From contig CAZBBK010000025.1 in assembly GCA_964490075.1 (NCBI GenBank), positions 50,548-70,547 on the forward strand: DNA of 20,000 nucleotides, in the 5' to 3' direction. Every line of letters starts with the position of its first letter. The stretch's first letter is position 1. The notes beneath the pieces were generated by a model, which searched no databases, had not been told where the DNA came from, and was given only the letters and a program-made list of their open reading frames with translations. The position numbers were made by a program, and so were the translations under genes. This DNA comes from an uncultured Gemmatimonadota bacterium. Its GTDB lineage: Bacteria > GCA-2686955. Below are positions 8,549 to 15,798 of this stretch, piece after piece.

Positions 8549-8956
8549 CTACTCCGACGGCCGCCAGGCCCGCCCAATATCGGTCTGGGAGAAGTCGTCG
8601 CCTTTGAAGAGCAGCGGCAGACCACGCACCTTGGCCAGCGCGTAGCCGAAGAGGCCGCCGAAGTTCAGCTCGGTCTTGTGCCCGCTCCCCTTGCCGAAGG
8701 TCACGAATGCGGCATAGGCGGCATCCATCTCGGCCGGGCCGGGGGGGACGAGCTCGAAGACGGGCAATCGCAGCAGATCGTCCAGGAGCAGCACCGCACG
8801 CTGGCCGCGCCGGCCGTGAACCACCAGGCGTGCCTCGACGACCGAGACCGTGCTGATCAGGGCCCGCTCGGCTTCCTGGAGCAGACGCACGAAGACATCG
8901 CGCTCGGGCTGCGCGAAGACGATCGCCACCAGGGCAGAGGTATCGACGACGATCAT
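8549..8956 (-). CDS. vapC: PIN-domain toxin, VapC family (VapC30-like), possibly inactive
   Basis: MIVVDTSALVAI, VSVVEA, LNFG(G)LFGYALAK, PLLFKGDDFSQTDI. ATGA overlap with the antitoxin stop. Confidence 0.92.
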   Translation of the reverse strand: MIVVDTSALVAIVFAQPERDVFVRLLQEAERALISTVSVVEARLVVHGRRGQRAVLLLDDLLRLPVFELVPPGPAEMDAAYAAFVTFGKGSGHKTELNFGGLFGYALAKVRGLPLLFKGDDFSQTDIGRAWRPSE

Positions 8957-9192
8957 CGTGGCAGGCCCTGCGGGTTCCACTCGAGCGGGTCATGGGCATC
9001 GGATCGGTCGGGGATCAGATCGAGCTGAGCCAGCAGCGCGGCCATGCGTTCATTGACCCCGATTCCGCAACCGACCTCGTTGAGCAGACGATCCACCGCC
9101 CGTTCGACCGCGGCGGTCTTGGTCAGACCCGCGATCTTCGCCAGCTGCTCGACTTTGCGGACGACCGTGGGATTGGCGATTTGCAGCGCCAT
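8953..9192 (-). CDS. vapB: VapB antitoxin (Rv0623/VapB30-like ribbon-helix-helix, 79 aa)
   Basis: MALQIANPTVVRKVEQLAKIAGLTKTAAVERAVDRLL and C-terminal WNPQGLPR match this family's pattern. Directly upstream of vapC; GGAG RBS. Confidence 0.88.
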   Translation of the reverse strand: MALQIANPTVVRKVEQLAKIAGLTKTAAVERAVDRLLNEVGCGIGVNERMAALLAQLDLIPDRSDAHDPLEWNPQGLPR

Positions 9193-9225
9193 GGCACTCT
9201 CCGGAATAGTGAAATAACCATTGTC

Positions 9226-9254
9226 AATATACATTCCGATGATGCCGCTGGCAA
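9226..9254 (-). promoter_or_regulatory. Sigma70-type promoter of vapBC (TTGCCA-N17-TATATT)
   Basis: Minus strand -35 at 9254-9249, -10 at 9231-9226, 17-nt spacer, in an AT-rich patch. Short inverted repeat CGGAAT...ATTCCG (9202-9238) spans the -10 and may be the autorepression operator. Confidence 0.7.
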
Positions 9255-9294
9255 TCATGCCCGCAGCCCGCGCCAAGGGCCCTTCTCGCCCAGA

Positions 9295-10008
9295 TCAGGA
9301 CGCCCCACTCCCCATCTGCTCCACCAGCGCCATCGTCGCCGCGCGCGGATCCCGCGCCTGCGTGATCGGCCGCCCCACCACCAGGAGGTCGGCGCCGGCC
9401 GCGATCGCCGCCGCCGGGGTCGCGACCCGGGCCTGATCCTGGACCGCGCTGCCCGCCGGCCGGATGCCAGGGGTGACGATCAGCGCATCGGGGTCGAGCG
9501 CCCGGCGCAGCGCCGCCGCCTCACGGGCCGAGGCCACCACGCCGGCCAGTCCCGCCCGACGACCGGCGCGCGCCCGCTCGAGCACCTCGCTCGGATCGCC
9601 GACCGCCCGGCTGGTGAGCACCGTGATCCCGAGAATCGCCGGCGCCGCCACCGTGCTCTTCGCTGCCTGCTCCGCCGCCCCTTCGAGCGCGGCGCGCAAC
9701 ATCTGCTCCCCGCCCGCGACGTGCACCGTCAGATAGCGCACGCCGAGCGCGGTGGCGGCCCGGCAGGCGCCGCCGACCGTGGCCGGAATGTCGTGGAACT
9801 TCAGATCGAGAAAGAGGTCGAAGCCGAGCTCCGCCAGCTCCTCCAGAGCCCGCGGACCGCTCGCCACGAAGAGCCGGGGGCCGATCTTGACGGTCTTCAC
9901 CAACCCCACCAGGCGCCGCGCCAGCGCCAGGGCGGGAGCGAGATCCTCGTAGTCGAGCGCCACGGCGAGGCGCGATTCCGGCTTCGGCAGCAGGGTCGGC
10001 TGCGGCAC
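9295..10008 (-). CDS. pyrF: Orotidine-5'-phosphate decarboxylase
   Basis: LAVALD, VKIG, FLDLKFHDIPATV (catalytic DxKxxD), TVHVAGG, ITVLTS, VTPGIRP, DQARVATP, LVVGRPIT. Confidence 0.96.
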   Translation of the reverse strand: MPQPTLLPKPESRLAVALDYEDLAPALALARRLVGLVKTVKIGPRLFVASGPRALEELAELGFDLFLDLKFHDIPATVGGACRAATALGVRYLTVHVAGGEQMLRAALEGAAEQAAKSTVAAPAILGITVLTSRAVGDPSEVLERARAGRRAGLAGVVASAREAAALRRALDPDALIVTPGIRPAGSAVQDQARVATPAAAIAAGADLLVVGRPITQARDPRAATMALVEQMGSGAS

Positions 10009-10089
10009 GGGGGACCGTCCTTTCTTGGAAGGGTCCCCCAGGGTGCCGCGGCCCGCGCGATCGGGTCAATCCTTTCGCCCGGCTTGCGC

Positions 10090-10095
10090 TAATCT
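10090..10095 (+). promoter_or_regulatory. -10 element (TAATCT), probable leaderless promoter of the sulfatase-like gene
   Basis: TAATCT ends 6 nt before ATG 10102; no SD. Confidence 0.55.
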
Positions 10096-10101
10096 CGCGC
10101 C

Positions 10102-11496
10102 ATGGGATCGATCGCGCTCGCATTCTCGACTCTGCTCGTTCTGGGGCAGGTCACGCCGCAGGCACCGGAGACGGAGCAGCAACCCCTCGGGGGCGGGATC
10201 GTGCTGATCGTGATCGACACTCTCAATCCCGCCCGCCTGGGCTGCTACGGGGGACCGGCGGCCACGCCGACGATCGACTCCCTGGCGGCCAGCGGCTATC
10301 TCTACGAGGACGTGTGGTCGGAAGCGACCGTCACCGCGCCGGCGATGGCCTCGATCCTCACCTCGCGCCACCTGGTCGGACACGGCGTGCTGCGCAACGG
10401 CGACTTCATCGACTCGGAAGTCGCCCGACTGCCGCAGGAGCTGCGCCGCAAGGGTTACCGAACCGGAGCCTTCGTCTCCAACGGGGAGCTCGATTCCGGC
10501 TTCGGCTTCTTCCGCGGCTTCGATCTCTACGACGATCAGCTCAACCGGGTCGAGCGCAACCGTCCCAACATCTTCGAGCGGCTGGCGCCGGACACGGTGG
10601 AGCGCGCCCTCGACTGGCTGGGGCTGGTGCGCCACGAGTTCTTCTTCGTGCTGCTGCACCTGAACGACCCCCACGGACCCTACGACCCGGTTGCCGGGCT
10701 GCCGGCCAAGAGGAGCACCGGCAAGAGCCTGAAGATCTCCCGCGACAACTTCCCGCGCGGGGCGATTCCGGCCTACCAGGCGCTGCCCGGGCGGCGCGCC
10801 AGTGGCGACTACCTGGCCGCCTACGATGCCGAGATCGAGCAGGCCGACCGGGCGCTCGACAACTTCTTCGCGGGTCTGCGCGCGTTGGGCGTGGCGGAGC
10901 GGACCGTGACGGTGCTGACCGCCGACCACGGCGAATCGCTCGGCGCCCAGGGCCTCTACTTCCAACACGGCTCGGGCCTGGGCGAGGAGCAGCTGCGGGT
11001 GCCCCTGATCTTCACCGGACCGGCCCTGCGCCAGGGCCGCAGCGCGCGCGCCGTCTCGACCCTCGACGTGATGCCGACCCTGCTGGCGGCGGCTGGGATT
11101 CGGCTGCCGGGTCTGGCCGGCGTGAGCCTGCTGCGCGACCTGACCGGGCGCGCCGGGGTCACCGTCGAGTCGCGCATGCGCCATGCCACTCTGTCGGCTC
11201 CGCTGCGGCCGCGCATCGACGGCCAGTGGACCCTGATCCGCGCGGTGTCGAAGGATGGCTGGAAGCTGATCCGCGACCGCCGCCGCCACCGCGTGCAGCT
11301 CTTCGATCTGAGCTCCGATCCGCACGAGGAGCACAACCTGGCACGGCGCCGCAAGCACCGGGACAAGCTCGAGGAGCTGGACGCCCTGATCCAGGAGTGG
11401 GAGGTGCGCCACCCGATCCCGGAGAAGTGGAAGCACAGCTGGCTGCCGCCCACGCGCGAATGGGCGCGCCTGCGTGCGCTGGGCTACATGGATTGA
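10102..11496 (+). CDS. Secreted sulfatase-like / alkaline phosphatase superfamily hydrolase
   Basis: Signal-like N-terminus, LIVIDTL, TPTIDSLA, GYRTGAFVSN, GFDLYDD, HLNDPHGPY, YDAEIEQAD, TADHGE, DVMPTLL, LFDLSSDPHEEHNL, LRALGYMD. Confidence 0.9.
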   Translation: MGSIALAFSTLLVLGQVTPQAPETEQQPLGGGIVLIVIDTLNPARLGCYGGPAATPTIDSLAASGYLYEDVWSEATVTAPAMASILTSRHLVGHGVLRNGDFIDSEVARLPQELRRKGYRTGAFVSNGELDSGFGFFRGFDLYDDQLNRVERNRPNIFERLAPDTVERALDWLGLVRHEFFFVLLHLNDPHGPYDPVAGLPAKRSTGKSLKISRDNFPRGAIPAYQALPGRRASGDYLAAYDAEIEQADRALDNFFAGLRALGVAERTVTVLTADHGESLGAQGLYFQHGSGLGEEQLRVPLIFTGPALRQGRSARAVSTLDVMPTLLAAAGIRLPGLAGVSLLRDLTGRAGVTVESRMRHATLSAPLRPRIDGQWTLIRAVSKDGWKLIRDRRRHRVQLFDLSSDPHEEHNLARRRKHRDKLEELDALIQEWEVRHPIPEKWKHSWLPPTREWARLRALGYMD

Positions 11497-11503
11497 GGAG
11501 CGC

Positions 11504-11869
11504 ATGCTGAAGGTCGTCTTGCTGCTGGCGCTCTGCGCCATCGCGGCGCTGCAGCTCAGGCTGCGCTACCGGTCGCCGGCCACGCTGCGAGCGATCGCGG
11601 CGGCGCTTCGAGGCGGTGCGCCGCTGGTCGACGTGCGCACCCCGGCCGAGTTCGCGGGCGGGCATCCGCCGGGGGCGATCAACATCCCCCTGGCCGAGCT
11701 CCAGAGCCGCGTCGGCAAGCTGCGCAAGCAGAAGAGCAAGACCCTCGTGCTCTGCTGCGCCAGTGGAGCCCGAAGCCGGGCCGCGGCACGCCTCCTGCAC
11801 GCCGCGGGAATCGACCAGGTGCTGGACCTGGGGCCGGGATCGAACCACCGGCGGCTGCCCGCGGAGTAG
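11504..11869 (+). CDS. Membrane-anchored single-domain rhodanese (PspE/GlpE-like sulfurtransferase)
   Basis: GAGGAG RBS before ATG 11504, N-terminal hydrophobic helix, LVDVRTPAEFAGGHPPGAINIP, active loop CASGARS. Confidence 0.9.
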   Translation: MLKVVLLLALCAIAALQLRLRYRSPATLRAIAAALRGGAPLVDVRTPAEFAGGHPPGAINIPLAELQSRVGKLRKQKSKTLVLCCASGARSRAAARLLHAAGIDQVLDLGPGSNHRRLPAE

Positions 11870-13231
11870 TCACTCCACCCACAAGAGCACGGGGTTCGTC
11901 AGCTCCGCGTTCGGCTCTCCGAGGGCCCCTACCAGTCCCTGCGAGCAGTATTCCTCACCGGGGTTCCAGGTTGGCGGCACAGTGAGCTGAAGACGGAGAA
12001 TCCCGTCCGCGGGGAGCGGTCCGAGCTCACGTTCGTGGGCCGCGGGAAGAGGCAAATATAGATCGCCGTACGGCGTCGGGCGGGGCGGGTCTTGGATGTT
12101 CGGATCCAGGCCCAGGGTCAGCTCTTCGGTGCCCGGCGCTCCGACGACCCTGACCTCGAGAGCCGCACCGGGAGCGACTGCTCCCAGGTGATAGAGATGG
12201 GTGTAGAACTCGTCGGCACCAATGTCGGCTACATTCTGCGCGATGCGCGGATCTCCTTCCCGGTCGCTTTCGGGCAGGGCTGGAACCGCGTTGGTGCCGG
12301 CGTTGCGGCAGGGAGAATCGTAGGTCAGATGGAAGTCGTCGGTGCCCGCGAAAAGGGGATCGGCGTCGATCATCCCCGGTCCCCAGTCGAGCTCGCACTC
12401 GGCGTCGAGAAAAACCCCGTCTCTTCCGGCGTCGACATCGCAATGGCTGATCGTCATCGAGGAATGATAGAGATGACTTCCGATCCAGATCTGTGGTCCT
12501 TCCGATGCCTGGTTGCGCCAGAAGAGAGAGTTGACCGCCGTCGGGTCGGAGAAGAAACAGTGGAGACCGCCGCCGCGTTCGATGGCCGTGTTTCGCGCGA
12601 CAACGGTGTTGACGATGTTGACGTCGCAGTGCTCGCTCAGGTAGATCCCCCCACCGTCGTTGTCGGCCCGATTGCCGGCGACGATGCAGTTGACGATTTC
12701 TGGGAAGCTCCAATAGAAGCAGTAGATTCCCCCTCCGTAGCTCTTCGCACTGTTGTTTGCGACGATATTGTCGATGAGCAGCGGCGCCGCACCGTCGCAG
12801 TGGATCCCGCCACCGAAGCCCATGTACGGGCCGGCGCTGTTTTCGACGATGATGTTGTTCCGAATGGTCGGACTGCTCTGCATGCAGAGCAGTCCAGCGC
12901 CATCCATGCTGCGCCCTCCAGTGATCGTGAAGCCCTCGAGAACCGTGCTGCGACTCTCGGTGCCGGTGAACATCGCGACCGGCCCGGCTCGATCGCCGTC
13001 GATCGTCGTCACCGAGGGACCCTTGGCGCTGCGCACGGTGATCCGCTTGCCCAAGAGATCGATGCTCTCCACGTAGGTTCCCGGGCGTACGATGACCTGG
13101 TCGCCGACGTTCGAAGCGGCGATCGCATCCTGAATCGTCGGGTGGTCGTCGGGCACGAGGATCTCCGCGCCGAGTGCCGCGCTCACGGCGACCGGGGCGA
13201 GGGGGATTCGCAGAAATCGACGATGGAGCAT
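11870..13231 (-). CDS. Secreted right-handed parallel beta-helix repeat protein (pectin-lyase-like fold)
   Basis: Signal-like N-terminus, ILVPDDHPTIQDAI, VRPGTYVE, TTIDG, repeated NxA..GGGIxC..P.IxN units, DADPLF, SPCRNAG, DIGADEF, then a ~110-aa C-terminal domain. Confidence 0.85.
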   Translation of the reverse strand: MLHRRFLRIPLAPVAVSAALGAEILVPDDHPTIQDAIAASNVGDQVIVRPGTYVESIDLLGKRITVRSAKGPSVTTIDGDRAGPVAMFTGTESRSTVLEGFTITGGRSMDGAGLLCMQSSPTIRNNIIVENSAGPYMGFGGGIHCDGAAPLLIDNIVANNSAKSYGGGIYCFYWSFPEIVNCIVAGNRADNDGGGIYLSEHCDVNIVNTVVARNTAIERGGGLHCFFSDPTAVNSLFWRNQASEGPQIWIGSHLYHSSMTISHCDVDAGRDGVFLDAECELDWGPGMIDADPLFAGTDDFHLTYDSPCRNAGTNAVPALPESDREGDPRIAQNVADIGADEFYTHLYHLGAVAPGAALEVRVVGAPGTEELTLGLDPNIQDPPRPTPYGDLYLPLPAAHERELGPLPADGILRLQLTVPPTWNPGEEYCSQGLVGALGEPNAELTNPVLLWVE

Positions 13232-13347
13232 GGTGCGCCCCCGGATCGGAGCTGGATCGTGAACGGTGACCTACACCGCAGTGTTACCTCTTCTCTGTCG
13301 GTGGGCAATGCTCGAGTCGGCAGCCGGCCCGGGCCCGATCACGCGCG

Positions 13348-13376
13348 TTGCGTTTTTATAACAACCGTTATACACT
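13348..13376 (+). promoter_or_regulatory. Sigma70-type promoter (TTGCGT-N17-TACACT) containing palindromic operator TATAAC-N4-GTTATA (13357-13372)
   Basis: Read directly; lies 25 nt upstream of ATG 13402 with GGAGG RBS. A TetR gene is in the same operon. Confidence 0.78.
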
Positions 13377-13401
13377 GCCCGGAAACACCACGGAGGTTCT
13401 C

Positions 13402-15060
13402 ATGCGTGACGTTGACACCATCGTGATCGGTTCCGGGGCCGGCGGCCTCGCCTGTGCCCTGGCCCTGGCGCAATCGGGGCAGCGTGTGCTGGTGCTCGAG
13501 CAGCACGAGGTGCCGGGAGGCTGGTGCCACTCCTTTCGTCTCGGTGGCTATCAGTTCAGCCCCGGCGTGCACTATGTCGGCGAGCTGGAGCAAGGTGGGG
13601 GCCTGCGCCGGATCTACGAGGGACTGGGAGTCTCGCGCGATCTGGTCTTTCTCGAGCTCAATCCCGAGGGATTCGACCATCTGCTCGTAGGCGACGAGCG
13701 ATTCGACATTCCCAAAGGGCGCGTGCGCTTCGAGGAGCGGCTGAGCGAGCGCTTTCCTCACGAGGCGCGCGGGATTCGGCGCTACCTCGATCTGGTGCAG
13801 CGCACCGCGACCGAGCTCGGCCAGGCCCAGAAGACCGCCACGCCGCTCGATCTGGCGTCGCTCCCCTGGCGGATTCGTCATGTGCTGCGCTGGGGACTGA
13901 CCTCGCTCGACCGCGTGCTCGACCAGCACGTTCACGATCCACTGCTGCGGGCCATTCTGTCGATCCAGGCCGGGGACCATGGTCTGCCGCCCTCCCGGGC
14001 GCCCTTCGCGCTGCACGCGGCGATACAGGCCCACTACTTCGGCGGGGGGTTCTACCCCATGGGTGGCGCCCAGTCGTTGCCGAAGGCTTTCGTTCGGGCC
14101 CTGCGCAGGGCCGGCGGCGAGATTCGGTTGAGTGCGGCGGTCGATCGGATCCTGATCGACGGCGAGGGCGCGGCGGTCGGCGTGCGACTGGCGGGAGGCG
14201 ACGAGATCAGCGCCGCGCGCGTGGTCTCCAACGCCGATCCGGGCATCACCTTCGGTCGCCTGGTGGGACGCGAGAGGCTGAGCGAGCGCTTGCGGCGCAA
14301 GCTGGAGCGCACCCGCTGGTCGATCTCGGGGCTCTCGCTCTTCGGCGCATGCGACCTGGACCTGCCGGCCATGGGCTTCGACTCGGGCAACTATTGGTAC
14401 TCGCGCAGCACCGATCTCGAGGCCCCCTACGATTTCTCCGGCGGCTCCACCGGGCTCGACGACGAGACGCTGCCGGGCCTTTTCCTGACCGTGAGCACGT
14501 TGAAGGATCGCACCAAGAAGGCCCGCGGCCGGCACACCTTCGAGGCCTTCACCTTCGTGCCCTTCGCTGGCTTCGAAACCTGGGCGGACTCGCGCCATGG
14601 CGACCGCCCGAACGCCTACCTCGAGCTCAAGAAGCGTCTCGAGCCACGCATGCTGCAAGCTCTCGACAAGGTCGTGCCGGGTCTCTCCCGGCACATCGTC
14701 TTCAGCGAGCTGGCGACACCTCTCACCAACGCGCACTACGTACGTTCGACCGCCGGTTCCTTCTACGGCACCGAGAAGAGCCGCTGGCAGATCGGGCCCT
14801 TCGGGTTCGGCGTGGCGACCGAGATTCGTGACCTCTGGCTTTGCGGCGCGAGCACCCTGGGCCACGGGGTCATGGGAGCCACCGCCTCGGGGCTGGCGGC
14901 CGCGGCGCGCATCTTGCGCTGCTCGTGGCGCGACCTGCTCGATCAGCGGGGTCCCGAGCTGCGGATCTACCCGGCCGACGATCCGGATGCGTGGCCCGAG
15001 GGACTGCGCAGAAAGGTCCGCGGCGCCGAGCGTGGCCGGTCGGTCGCGGCGGCCTCGTGA
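13402..15060 (+). CDS. Phytoene desaturase / retinol saturase family FAD-dependent oxidoreductase
   Basis: VIGSGAGG Rossmann motif, LVLEQHEVPGG, FSPGVHYVG, YPMGGAQSL, VVSNADP, ATPLTNAHY, LWLCGAST-GHGVMGATASG. Confidence 0.9.
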   Translation: MRDVDTIVIGSGAGGLACALALAQSGQRVLVLEQHEVPGGWCHSFRLGGYQFSPGVHYVGELEQGGGLRRIYEGLGVSRDLVFLELNPEGFDHLLVGDERFDIPKGRVRFEERLSERFPHEARGIRRYLDLVQRTATELGQAQKTATPLDLASLPWRIRHVLRWGLTSLDRVLDQHVHDPLLRAILSIQAGDHGLPPSRAPFALHAAIQAHYFGGGFYPMGGAQSLPKAFVRALRRAGGEIRLSAAVDRILIDGEGAAVGVRLAGGDEISAARVVSNADPGITFGRLVGRERLSERLRRKLERTRWSISGLSLFGACDLDLPAMGFDSGNYWYSRSTDLEAPYDFSGGSTGLDDETLPGLFLTVSTLKDRTKKARGRHTFEAFTFVPFAGFETWADSRHGDRPNAYLELKKRLEPRMLQALDKVVPGLSRHIVFSELATPLTNAHYVRSTAGSFYGTEKSRWQIGPFGFGVATEIRDLWLCGASTLGHGVMGATASGLAAAARILRCSWRDLLDQRGPELRIYPADDPDAWPEGLRRKVRGAERGRSVAAAS

Positions 15061-15695
15061 GTCGGGATTCTCGGGCGACACCGCGCACCCTGCGCGAGCT
15101 GCGGCGCGCGCAGATCGTGGCGCGGGCGCGCGCAATCGTCGCGGAGCAGGGGCTCGAGGCGCTCACCTTCGGTGCCCTCGAAGAGGGCCTGCACTTCACG
15201 CGCGGCGTGATCACCTACCACTTCCGCAACAAGAGCGAGATCGTCGAGGCGGTGTTGCGCAGCGCCGTCGACGAGATCAACGAGCGCACCCGCGAAGCCA
15301 CGCTCGCGGAGGGCTCACTCGCCGACAAAATCCACGCGGTGATCTCGACGACGACCATGGGATTCCTGGAGAACATCGAGGCGACGAAGATCATCGTGTC
15401 GTTCTGGAGCCGCATCCAGTCCGATCCCTCGGCGCGCCGCCGCAATGCAGACCTCTACGACGGCTTTCGCGCCAAGACCCGCTCGGTGCTCTTGCAGGGA
15501 CGTGTCTCCGGCGAGCTCGCACCGAACACCGATATCGACGCCGTCGCAGCGGCGATCGTGGCTGTGGTGATCGGCATCGTGACGCAGTCCTACTTCCAGC
15601 CCGAGACGATCGATCCCCGCACTCTGATCGAAGTCGCGGCGCGGGCCGTGGCGTCGATCGTGGTCGAGGGCGCGACCGGGTTACGATTGTCGTAG
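15057..15695 (+). CDS. TetR/AcrR family transcriptional regulator (BetI-like C-terminal domain)
   Basis: GTG start overlapping the upstream stop (GTGA). RRAQIVARARAIVAEQGLEALTFGALEEGLHFTRGVITYHFRNKSEIV is a TetR HTH. Confidence 0.9.
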   Translation: MSRDSRATPRTLRELRRAQIVARARAIVAEQGLEALTFGALEEGLHFTRGVITYHFRNKSEIVEAVLRSAVDEINERTREATLAEGSLADKIHAVISTTTMGFLENIEATKIIVSFWSRIQSDPSARRRNADLYDGFRAKTRSVLLQGRVSGELAPNTDIDAVAAAIVAVVIGIVTQSYFQPETIDPRTLIEVAARAVASIVVEGATGLRLS

Positions 15696-15727
15696 CAGGT
15701 TGCCGACACGACTACCGTAACGGGTCG
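15673..15727. repeat. Imperfect ~20-bp inverted repeat spanning the TetR stop
   Basis: cgaccgggttacgattgtcgt ... acgactaccgtaacgggtcg; core GTTACGatTGTCGT / ACGACtacCGTAAC. Confidence 0.6.
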
Positions 15728-15798
15728 GAGACCGGGGCCATTGACGGAGTGAATGTCGAACGCAATCGACCTCCGCTCCGGCTCAACGAGGAGGAATC

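Noticed and set aside
5813-8645. Long alternative ORFs (5813-7390 +, 7101-8645 +, 7366-8625 -) and similar ones elsewhere (2012-3523, 3674-5269, 10066-11541, 12092-13426, 13339-15135)
   Set aside because: Antisense or off-frame shadows of well-supported genes, expected at high GC; no recognisable motifs.
13402-15060. crtI / carotenoid cluster
   Set aside because: No crtB, crtE or crtY nearby; only the family can be supported.
15673-15727. Possible integron attC site
   Set aside because: GTT and AAC cores are in the wrong order and do not fit RYYYAAC...GTTRRRY; no integrase or cassette array.
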